36,487 nt of DNA from a virus. Positions 14,376-22,161 of this stretch are shown piece after piece. The position numbers and the translations under genes were made by a program. The notes under the pieces were generated by a model, which worked only from the letters and a program-made list of their open reading frames with translations, searched no databases and was not told where the DNA came from. Position 1 is the first letter of the stretch, and every line of letters starts with the position of its first letter. The stretch is taken from IMG/VR virus record IMGVR_UViG_3300034146_000008, positions 1 through 36,487 of that record, one strand, 5' to 3'.

Positions 14376-14418
14376 GTTATTTGATGAAATTTAACTTATG
14401 TGGTGTAGTATAGGTATT

Positions 14419-14571
14419 ATGAAGGTCTATATACAAGCATTTAGTATGGTACTGGTTCTTGGAGGTCTTGTATTTACTCTAGTCGGAATCGGTAACGAAA
14501 CTTTAGAGTATATACTTGGCGGAGGTATTTTAATTGCTACTGGGTTCACCTTATACAAACACACTAAATAA
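14419..14571 (+). CDS. 50-aa two-TM micro-protein (candidate)
   Basis: Hand translation: MKVYIQAFSMVLVLGGLVFTLVGIGNETLEYILGGGILIATGFTLYKHTK. Confidence 0.4.
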   Translation: MKVYIQAFSMVLVLGGLVFTLVGIGNETLEYILGGGILIATGFTLYKHTK

Positions 14572-14572
14572 C

Positions 14573-14719
14573 ATGGTTATAATCATACTTATTGCAATAG
14601 TACTCATCGTCCTCGCTCTTCGCCCATGGTGGAAGCGTCAGATGCGTGACGCCAAACTCAGAACCTTAATAAAGATTTCTGAACAAGGTGAAAAAGAAAG
14701 AAATAGCAACCTAGGCTAA
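14573..14719 (+). CDS. 48-aa single-TM micro-protein (candidate; ORF-track ORF 14534..14719 trimmed to its ATG)
   Basis: MVIIILIAIVLIVLALRPWWKRQMRD... The ATG is 1 nt after the upstream TAA. Its stop overlaps the stop of the convergent gene 14716..16338. Confidence 0.4.
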   Translation: MVIIILIAIVLIVLALRPWWKRQMRDAKLRTLIKISEQGEKERNSNLG

Positions 14720-16338
14720 TCTTTTTTTGAGTTGCGAACCATCTTTTGCAGCTTAGCTTTTTTAACAGCTTCACCAGCTACTTTGTCTACAGCAATGTCC
14801 ACTACTCTTCCTACTGCTCCAAGTGGGCTTGTCGGGATACCTCCTTCTAAAAGAGAACGTGATCGGGTGTCCCCCAATATATCCATTACTGACTTAGCTG
14901 TTACTGCATCTTGAGATAGGTCTATACCTGTCTCTTTTTTAATTTGAGCAAAGAGTTTCTTGGTACCAGCATCAGAAGGACTAAAGAAACGCTTAAGAAG
15001 TGCTCCTCCCTTGTTGCCATCTTCACCTAGAAGTTTATTCAAGTTGCCGTGAGTGTTCTTAACTCGTGAGTAGTTTGCTTTAGCTACAGCAAATTCTTCA
15101 CCGCCAATTTTTTTAGCTTCATCGTTAAGCTCTTTAATAATTTGTTTAAGCGTTGCTTCAACCTGTGTATTTACAGGTACTGCTGTTAGAGACTTACGCT
15201 TGTATAGCTGATCTTGAATATTAGAAATAACGTCGTCTACCTGACGTAATGTTGGGTCTTTCCCAAGACGAGAAAGCTGGGAGTCCGTGATCTTTATTAG
15301 AGTCTTATCGGCTGTGTCACTGAATTTTAGAGACCTGCTTGGTGCAGATTTAACATTCCCTTTTTCGTCTATGATTCCACCAAGGTCGTCATATAGTCTC
15401 TGTCGAAGAGTTGTTTTGGCGTTCTGTGCAATAGGACCAACCTTAACATCCCCTTTTACTTTAAGTGTTTCTGAAATAATCCTTCCGTAGTCATCCATTT
15501 GACCTTGAAGAACTGGAAGAACTTCTTTTGCTTTGAGTCCTGCTGACTCTAAAGGAGTAATTACTCTAGGGTCTGCCAAAGCCTTTTCGCCCTGCCTGAT
15601 ATATTCCATTACTTTAGCAGTAGGAGTTTCTTTAACAACTGTTACAACTTTCGGGTCGAGCTTCACAAAGTTTTCTGCAAAGCTAGGGCTAATATTAGTA
15701 TTTCCAATACGTAAAGTATCACCAAATTTTTCCCCTGTGCTAGCTAGTGAGTCATCAAGTTTCTGTACACCTGTTCTGATAACGTTCTTACTTTTTGTAA
15801 TAGCGTTAGCACCTCCTTGTACAGCAAGAATGTTTCCTGCAATTTCTCCAGTATTAGCTGCTGTCCCCGCAATTTCCTCAAGACGTCGTGCTGCATCTGG
15901 GTTTTCACTAACCCACTTTTGTAGTGCATCGTTGTCGCTGATCTTGTCCGTTAAAAAGCTGAGACCCTGACCCATTTTCTTACCAACATAATCTAATGCG
16001 TCTCGTCCTGGTTCAGGTAAAGCCTCTTTTACCACTTTAGGGATACCACTAAAAGCTGTTCCTACTGCTGACGTGCTACGTCGTAGTGCTGACTGACCTG
16101 CAAACTCACCTTCTCCTGCTACTGCATCGCTAATACGATCACCACGCTGTTTGAAGTCCTGAGTAACACGTCCAATAAAGCCTGCTGGTTTAGCTGGCTC
16201 TGCTGGTTGATCGTTGAATCCCTGAAGAGTGTATCCACGTTCTACAAGACCTTCAATAAGGGCTTTCTTGTCAGCACCCTTAGGAGCATTATCTACGATT
16301 ACTTTCACTTGTTCTTTTGTGATGTATTTTTTGTCCAT
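14716..16338 (-). CDS. large virion-associated protein (internal/ejection protein candidate)
   Basis: 540 aa, Ala/Gly/Lys-rich, no recognisable enzymatic motif. Lies in the tail/internal protein block. Confidence 0.4.
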   Translation of the reverse strand: MDKKYITKEQVKVIVDNAPKGADKKALIEGLVERGYTLQGFNDQPAEPAKPAGFIGRVTQDFKQRGDRISDAVAGEGEFAGQSALRRSTSAVGTAFSGIPKVVKEALPEPGRDALDYVGKKMGQGLSFLTDKISDNDALQKWVSENPDAARRLEEIAGTAANTGEIAGNILAVQGGANAITKSKNVIRTGVQKLDDSLASTGEKFGDTLRIGNTNISPSFAENFVKLDPKVVTVVKETPTAKVMEYIRQGEKALADPRVITPLESAGLKAKEVLPVLQGQMDDYGRIISETLKVKGDVKVGPIAQNAKTTLRQRLYDDLGGIIDEKGNVKSAPSRSLKFSDTADKTLIKITDSQLSRLGKDPTLRQVDDVISNIQDQLYKRKSLTAVPVNTQVEATLKQIIKELNDEAKKIGGEEFAVAKANYSRVKNTHGNLNKLLGEDGNKGGALLKRFFSPSDAGTKKLFAQIKKETGIDLSQDAVTAKSVMDILGDTRSRSLLEGGIPTSPLGAVGRVVDIAVDKVAGEAVKKAKLQKMVRNSKKD

Positions 16339-16339
16339 A

Positions 16340-17911
16340 TTAGAGTGAGTTTAGATATGATTCAGTATCCATTGGTCCAATTTCTGACGTAAGTGCACTT
16401 TCAACTGTATCTAGGTAAGACGTACTAGCTGTACCTCCTGCTTTTTCGTATGCTCGTTCAGTAATCTTCGTAATGTTATCGAGTTCAGCTTTGAATGCTT
16501 TTTCTCCAACCCTATAACCAGTTACTCTTCCGTCACCGTTTTTGATAGTCCAAGTACCGATCTTGTTTGCTGCGCTACGTAGCATGCGGTTTTCTTCGTC
16601 GGAAAGAGCTCCAAGAGTTCCGCCTTGAGCTTTTAGGTTGAGAAGTGTGTCTAACGTTTCTTTAGATACAAGCTGTTCAACGTCACCAATAAATGACTGT
16701 CGTGCTGCTCCTGCATCTAGTCTTCCTCCACGTCCAAGTGGACCTGAAGAACCTACCGCAGCAGAAAGACCCTTGTGAGTTTTAATGCCTTTAATAAGAG
16801 CGAGTTTGTCTTCAAGTACTAAACGCTTATCAGCATCAGTTACAGTTTTGTTTTCTTTAATGGCTGCTTCAGCTTGAGCAATACGCAGCCGGGCAGCTCG
16901 GTCAGCCATGGTGCTACGTATATTTGCCTGCTGGAGACGTTCAGTGCTGAGTTGTTCTTTTAGAAGAAGGGCCCTAGCTGTTGCACTGCTATATTTTCCA
17001 ATTGCTCGTGCTACATCAACTGCACTTCCACCTTTCTTTGCTATATCACGTGCAGAAGCAAGGATACCTTCAGGGGCCTGGTTTGCTTGTGCGTCAAGAA
17101 GCATAGTTTCTACTTGCTTAGCTCTTTCTTTCTTATCTGCCAGTTCATCTGCTTCATTTTTAATAGCTACTGAAAGAGCCTCTGAGCGTTTCTTGTCGAT
17201 TGCATCTAGTGAGTCTTTATTGAGTTCATACTGCTTCTCTTTCATAGCAAGGCGAGCCTCTAGAGGCTTATACTTGAGGTCAATCATCTGCTGTGCCTTG
17301 TCTTTTGCAGCTTGTAGCCGAAGTTGTGAACCAGTCATTCCGGCAACAGCAATATCTGACTGCTGAGCAATAGAAAGAGCACGGATAGCATTTTCACGAA
17401 GCATCCCGGTGGTCTGTGGTGCAATACCTCGATCTGTTGCACCTGTGTTTCGGTTTCGTTCTTGAACAACAAGTGGTATAGCCTGAGCTTCTCGGTTTAA
17501 CGACTTAGCTTGACCATTAAGTTCCGCAAGTTGGCTGACAAAGTTGTTGAGGTTTTCAGTCTCTCTGTTTACGCCTGTAGCGTCTTCTGCAAGTTGAGTA
17601 TCTGCTGTCTTTCCAGCCATTTGCTCCATAAGACTTAGGATGTTGTTTCCAGTTCCCGTCTGCTGTGTTTGAGCTTTCGTAAGCTGGTTGTTATAGGTTG
17701 TGTAGTCATCAATAAGACCCTGCGTGATACTTCCAATCATGCTTCCGTAGTTAGGTTCTGTCGTAGTGTCTGTAGCGATCTGAAGAGGTGTAGTTGGAGC
17801 AACTGCGCCTACTGGAATGTTTGGACTATTAAGTTCACCAGTAATTGGATTGTATGGTCCTATTGCTGTGCTGTAGCCTAGTTTCTTTTGTTCTGCGTTC
17901 AGTGTTGCCAT
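16340..17911 (-). CDS. coiled-coil-rich virion protein (internal/ejection protein candidate)
   Basis: 523 aa with long Ala/Gln/Lys/Glu heptad-like stretches. Preceded by a conserved promoter-like element. Confidence 0.4.
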   Translation of the reverse strand: MATLNAEQKKLGYSTAIGPYNPITGELNSPNIPVGAVAPTTPLQIATDTTTEPNYGSMIGSITQGLIDDYTTYNNQLTKAQTQQTGTGNNILSLMEQMAGKTADTQLAEDATGVNRETENLNNFVSQLAELNGQAKSLNREAQAIPLVVQERNRNTGATDRGIAPQTTGMLRENAIRALSIAQQSDIAVAGMTGSQLRLQAAKDKAQQMIDLKYKPLEARLAMKEKQYELNKDSLDAIDKKRSEALSVAIKNEADELADKKERAKQVETMLLDAQANQAPEGILASARDIAKKGGSAVDVARAIGKYSSATARALLLKEQLSTERLQQANIRSTMADRAARLRIAQAEAAIKENKTVTDADKRLVLEDKLALIKGIKTHKGLSAAVGSSGPLGRGGRLDAGAARQSFIGDVEQLVSKETLDTLLNLKAQGGTLGALSDEENRMLRSAANKIGTWTIKNGDGRVTGYRVGEKAFKAELDNITKITERAYEKAGGTASTSYLDTVESALTSEIGPMDTESYLNSL

Positions 17912-17918
17912 GGTCGTG

Positions 17919-17949
17919 GTGAATATATAACCCTTGTAGAATTTGGCTA
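17919..17949 (-). promoter_or_regulatory. conserved promoter-like element, type 2 copy (TAGCCA-N16-TATATT) ending 7-10 nt before the ATG at 17911
   Basis: Minus strand: TAGCCAAATTCTACAAGGGTTATATATTCACCACGACC-ATG. Confidence 0.5.
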
Positions 17950-18264
17950 GGCCGTAAGCCCGAGCGTGTTTAGCACCGCTATGATGCTAGCTATGCTTGC
18001 TCTAGCTTGTGAATCAACTGTTGCACCGCCAGATGGTGGAGTAATAGCTGCGGGCTGAGTTGAAGGTGTCTTTCCGTAGAATGCAATTTTGTTACCGCCA
18101 AACGTAGCATCCGAACTGACAAATAGAGGTTTGTTTATAACCACTTTGTCTATGAAGTAGGTGCGCTGGTAAACATCCATAAACTCATTAAGCTCATTAA
18201 CCTTTCGTGTTAACGCTCGTACTTCTTCCCTTAGTCTGTTTATTTCTACTTGTTCTGGACTCAT
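17947..18264 (-). CDS. hypothetical virion-module protein
   Basis: 105 aa with an N-terminal coiled coil. ATGA overlap with the upstream gene. Confidence 0.5.
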   Translation of the reverse strand: MSPEQVEINRLREEVRALTRKVNELNEFMDVYQRTYFIDKVVINKPLFVSSDATFGGNKIAFYGKTPSTQPAAITPPSGGATVDSQARASIASIIAVLNTLGLTA

Positions 18265-19745
18265 ACAAGGTCATTTACTACTTTGTAACGGTAACGAATT
18301 TCTTTAATCTGAGCTCCACCAGAACTTTCTACGAGGAATTGGAACTCTCTCCCAGTAGCAAATGGTTTTCCTCCAGCTTCAGCAGATGCTTCGACAACGT
18401 ATTCACCAAGTGAGTTAGGTTCAGAAATAATGCTAGTCATATCAGAACCATCAACAGAGTAAGAAAGCCCTGCTGAGCCTGTAGCTGATCCCGTAATGGC
18501 AATGTGAACGGCCTCAAGGGTTTTTGACTTGAAGCGATCACTAATAACCATGTTCGGGTTTACCGTTGTCTTATATTTACTAGTTGCTATATATGACGGA
18601 GTGGTTGTCGTCGATTGAAGACGATATGTGCCCCCTGAGTCGAAGTAGCCTAGATAAAAAATATCCCCGATTAGGCTCAGGCCTGAAGGTGAACCAGCTA
18701 AATCTGCTGCGTTACTAGTACCGAGTCTAAAATATCTCTCTTTAGTAACTACCCAGTATCCTTCTTTGTTTTTATAGACACACCAAATGGCTGTTGAGTT
18801 TCCTCCTATTGCAAAGTAAAGCTTGTCGTCTTTCTTGAGTTTTAAAACTGGGTAGGTGTTGTCAGCACCTGCTGGGATAGGGATAGACTTAACAGTTGTT
18901 ACGGAACCGCCGGAGTAAACTTTTACGTCTATCTTGTAACTAATAGTGCTTGAAAAGTTTGTCCTAGAATAGACTAAACCAACGAGCACTTCGCCTAGGT
19001 TCTCTAAAATTCTTAGGTCTCCTTCTCCAAAATCAATAACGCCTTGAAGTGTGTTGATCGTTGTGTCTCGTCCCCAAAGTACGCCGTAGGAGTTACCAAT
19101 GCCGTATGTTGGGCGCATAGCTATAGCTAAATAACCACCCCAATGAGTGATAGAGCTAGCTGTCATGCCGTCAGGAAGAATAGTTGAAGCAGCAGTGTAC
19201 GTTGATGCGTCCCACTTACCAATAATATTACCGATAACTGTATACAGTACGTTATCTTCAGGGTGAACATACGGACGAGGAAAAGAACTTCCAATATTTG
19301 TACCAGCGTTATTGCCTACCGTACTAACAGCACCACTCCACTTTTGAAGGTCACCGTTAGTAGAAAGAACATAAGGTAGCCCTCGGTAGATAACTAATGT
19401 TCCTGGAGCGTATGTACCTGTTCCTGATGCTACTTTCAGCCAAGGGTCTGTAATTATGGTTTTAGTATAAAAAGATGGTGCAGCTAAAACGTCAGTAGAC
19501 TTACCAACTCCTACGATCGTGGGAGTACCTGAGACACTAGCAATCCCAACATCAGCGATGCGAATCTCATTCATGTCGTAGTCGACGCTACTGATTATTT
19601 CTTCAGTATTACCTCGTATAGGGATGAGCTTGTGAGGATTTGTATATATATCAAAGTTAAGACACTCTTCGCACTGATCTGTAGCGAATGTACGATTGTC
19701 TTCAGCGTGACCGCCATCAAATTTGTTTATATATACTGTTGGCAT
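18261..19745 (-). CDS. tail structural protein (nozzle/tubular-B-like, tentative)
   Basis: 494 aa, beta-rich. The N-terminus INKFDGGHAEDNR...NFDIYTNPHKLIPIRG is reminiscent of podovirus nozzle proteins. The call rests mainly on position. Confidence 0.35.
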   Translation of the reverse strand: MPTVYINKFDGGHAEDNRTFATDQCEECLNFDIYTNPHKLIPIRGNTEEIISSVDYDMNEIRIADVGIASVSGTPTIVGVGKSTDVLAAPSFYTKTIITDPWLKVASGTGTYAPGTLVIYRGLPYVLSTNGDLQKWSGAVSTVGNNAGTNIGSSFPRPYVHPEDNVLYTVIGNIIGKWDASTYTAASTILPDGMTASSITHWGGYLAIAMRPTYGIGNSYGVLWGRDTTINTLQGVIDFGEGDLRILENLGEVLVGLVYSRTNFSSTISYKIDVKVYSGGSVTTVKSIPIPAGADNTYPVLKLKKDDKLYFAIGGNSTAIWCVYKNKEGYWVVTKERYFRLGTSNAADLAGSPSGLSLIGDIFYLGYFDSGGTYRLQSTTTTPSYIATSKYKTTVNPNMVISDRFKSKTLEAVHIAITGSATGSAGLSYSVDGSDMTSIISEPNSLGEYVVEASAEAGGKPFATGREFQFLVESSGGAQIKEIRYRYKVVNDLV

Positions 19746-20713
19746 TATGCGTAAGTAATTAAGATTCCCATTACCTTAGCTGTTCCCGCTCCGTCACTTC
19801 CCTGCCCTCCTTCACGGCTTGCGAAAATACTCCAAACACGTCCTTTAGTAAGTCCGTCGTAAGCGCTACTCGGTATTGTTCCTAGAAGCTCTGAAGAACC
19901 AGAAGCGTCTGGTAACAGAGTTCCTGTGGATGAGTCAGTTTCTATAGTTGCTCCATTAGTACTTTTAAAAGTAAAGTTCCAGTACTGATTTTGCCCAGAG
20001 AAGTTACTTGCTCCGTATAGCAACTGAATAGAGGTGATAGTCCTATCTGGTACAAAGAATGACCCATAAACCGACGTCGTTGAGCTGTCGGAAGTAGTCA
20101 CATACAAGTAGTTATCGTTTACTCCATCGGTAGCATTTGTCGTCTTTGTAAGTTGAACAAACAAAGACGGTAAAGATGCCTGTACGTTGGTGAGTAATGC
20201 ACCGTTTAAAGCTGGAAGTTGTCCTGAGCCGTTAAGCTTTACAATCTGGTTAGCACCCGTACCGCTATTTACTGAGATAACGCCTCCAGCAATGGTAAGT
20301 CCTGATGTAGCAGCGTCTGTATTTCCTTGGAGGACACCTTTTGCAGAATATGAACCATCAGAAACAGTAGCTTCTGCTGCCCAGCTTGGGACACCTGATG
20401 CCACTTTTAGAATGTGTCCATTAGTACCGATAGGTAGTCGTGTAAACGTTCCAGAGCCAGCATTGTAGTAGATGTCACCAACAGCATCTGAACCAACTCC
20501 AATTTTTGTTCCTGCGCCTAGAGTTTTATTCGTAAGGGTCTGAGCTGTAGAAAAGTCAGGAAACATAGCTGCAAACAACGTTGTAAGCAGTGACTTAATG
20601 TTTGACCACGTGGTCTTTTTAGTTGCGAGTGACGTTACATCGACAATTGGAAGAACATCCGAGTCTTGGATGGAGGTATACGACGTAAGTTCTGTTATCT
20701 TTTTATCTGCCAT
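19745..20713 (-). CDS. tail fibre/spike-like protein
   Basis: 322 aa. The N-terminus MADKKITELTSYTSIQDSDVLPIVD..TKKTTWSNI is a motif I associate with podophage fibre N-termini. Rest is Gly/Ser/Thr-rich. Confidence 0.5.
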   Translation of the reverse strand: MADKKITELTSYTSIQDSDVLPIVDVTSLATKKTTWSNIKSLLTTLFAAMFPDFSTAQTLTNKTLGAGTKIGVGSDAVGDIYYNAGSGTFTRLPIGTNGHILKVASGVPSWAAEATVSDGSYSAKGVLQGNTDAATSGLTIAGGVISVNSGTGANQIVKLNGSGQLPALNGALLTNVQASLPSLFVQLTKTTNATDGVNDNYLYVTTSDSSTTSVYGSFFVPDRTITSIQLLYGASNFSGQNQYWNFTFKSTNGATIETDSSTGTLLPDASGSSELLGTIPSSAYDGLTKGRVWSIFASREGGQGSDGAGTAKVMGILITYA

Positions 20714-20714
20714 A

Positions 20715-20858
20715 CTAATTTTTTGTTATGTTTGTAAACGCACTAATTTCTTGATCAAGGACGATTCGGCCTAAGTCTTCAAACAGCAGTAAGGACCCGT
20801 CTTCCATAAGAAGTCTTGAGAAGCTGGTCGGTTTTGAGATGTTTGTCCAGTCAGCCAT
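20715..20858 (-). CDS. 47-aa hypothetical protein (candidate)
   Basis: Hand translation: MADWTNISKPTSFSRLLMEDGSLLLFEDLGRIVLDQEISAFTNITKN. TAATG overlap upstream, and its stop is 1 nt before the next ATG. Confidence 0.4.
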   Translation of the reverse strand: MADWTNISKPTSFSRLLMEDGSLLLFEDLGRIVLDQEISAFTNITKN

Positions 20859-21580
20859 TATCGTGAGCTCCTATACACCATCCGAATTTGAGTAGGACGG
20901 TCTTGAGAGCGACTAGCGTAATAATCCTTAATGCGTTCTTCGATATTTGCCATTTCAACTGCGTAGTTCTTAGCTGTAGGAAGGCCTTTAGAAAGTGCGT
21001 AGAAGTACGCTGGTCTAATAGCGAGGTACTCATGGAACATGTCAGGAATACCTGGCTTTTTGTTTGTGTCTGTAGGTAAAAAGTAGGAAGGTGTACGTGA
21101 GTAGTAGATTTTGAGTCCAGCATTACGTGCGTAACTTGGTGCTGGGTATAGAAAGATTCCGTTAGCTGTTTTGTCGTAATAGCGAGGAATACCAGGGGTA
21201 CTCATAAAGCTTGTAAGAGACTCGTGAATATCTCGTGAGTCAATCGGTACAAGTTCAAATGAGTTTCCCGCTGAGTCTTCCGCTTCAGCACGGTAAAAGT
21301 CCAAAATCTGATTTCCGTCTTCGTCGTATATGAAAGAGTAGTTCTGTACACCAGCTTGAAGTGGAGTCGTCGCTATTGGATAGTCGTCGTGGTTCGTGTC
21401 GTCAGATAGCCAGTCACCTGAGACCGATTGAGCGATCATGTTGTAGTTGGCGTAAGCGTTGTTTATGTCACGAGTCTTAGACTTGAGTGGGTAGGAAGAA
21501 GAAGTCGCACTCTGAGTATTCGTCAGGTCTTCGAGTAGTTCTATGACTCCTGTTCTGTCGGCAGCGTTAGAAAATTGCAT
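20858..21580 (-). CDS. head-tail adaptor / tubular-A-like protein (tentative)
   Basis: 240 aa. The N-terminal pattern (RTGVIELLEDL ... INNAYANYNMIAQSVSGDWLSDD ... YPIATTPL) resembles gp11-type adaptors from memory. Confidence 0.35.
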   Translation of the reverse strand: MQFSNAADRTGVIELLEDLTNTQSATSSSYPLKSKTRDINNAYANYNMIAQSVSGDWLSDDTNHDDYPIATTPLQAGVQNYSFIYDEDGNQILDFYRAEAEDSAGNSFELVPIDSRDIHESLTSFMSTPGIPRYYDKTANGIFLYPAPSYARNAGLKIYYSRTPSYFLPTDTNKKPGIPDMFHEYLAIRPAYFYALSKGLPTAKNYAVEMANIEERIKDYYASRSQDRPTQIRMVYRSSR

Positions 21581-21582
21581 AA

Positions 21583-22122
21583 TTACTTCCCGTACTTTTT
21601 CTTGTACAGCTTTTCGTATTCATCAAAGTGGTTAAACACAGTACAGACGATCTCTCCGTTTTCGAGCTTAATAGAGTCGTAGTCGTCGCCTCGTGTAGTA
21701 AGGAACGGCGAAAGAAGCCTCTTTCCAATAGGCTTAATTTTGTCTGTGTATTTCTGAGCTTTGAGAGCTAGTTTGTTACGAGCCTCTTCTTTCTGTTTCT
21801 TCTCTTCTGTTAGGGCCTCGTATTTTTCATAAAGTTCCTTAGGAGTCTTCGCCTTCATGCGATCAAAAATCTCACGCTTGATCGCTTCCATGTCTTTAAT
21901 GCACTTTTCTACATAGGCAGTAACAGCCTGTTCTTTTTCCAAAAGATCACTGATGTCTACAGACTTTTCAACCTCCTGTACCTTGAGGTCTACTTCGTTC
22001 ATCGCCTGCTCTATGACTTCAATTTCCTTAGAGATTTCGATACCTGATTTAATGAGTTCTCCCTTCGCTGTAAGAAGGTTTTGGAGTTTCGGGTCTTGGA
22101 GTTTGATTGTTTTGGGATACAT
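21583..22122 (-). CDS. coiled-coil protein, hypothetical
   Basis: 179 aa, Lys/Glu-rich. Preceded by a conserved promoter-like element. Confidence 0.55.
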   Translation of the reverse strand: MYPKTIKLQDPKLQNLLTAKGELIKSGIEISKEIEVIEQAMNEVDLKVQEVEKSVDISDLLEKEQAVTAYVEKCIKDMEAIKREIFDRMKAKTPKELYEKYEALTEEKKQKEEARNKLALKAQKYTDKIKPIGKRLLSPFLTTRGDDYDSIKLENGEIVCTVFNHFDEYEKLYKKKYGK

Positions 22123-22127
22123 ACGCC

Positions 22128-22158
22128 GTGAATGTAATACCTGTGTAGCGTATGTAAA
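22128..22158 (-). promoter_or_regulatory. conserved promoter-like element, type 1 copy (TTTACA-N16-TACATT) ending 5 nt before the ATG at 22122
   Basis: Minus strand: TTTACATACGCTACACAGGTATTACATTCACGGCGT-ATG. A 27-nt block 22123-22149 matches 28005-28031 with 1 mismatch. Confidence 0.55.
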
Positions 22159-22161
22159 GGG

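Noticed and set aside
16340-17911. Calling the 523-aa coiled-coil protein a tape measure protein (siphovirus interpretation).
   Set aside because: I recognised no major tail tube gene, no terminator, and no chaperone pair with a frameshift upstream. The neighbours look like adaptor, nozzle and fibre genes. Left as an internal-virion candidate; the morphotype remains an inference.
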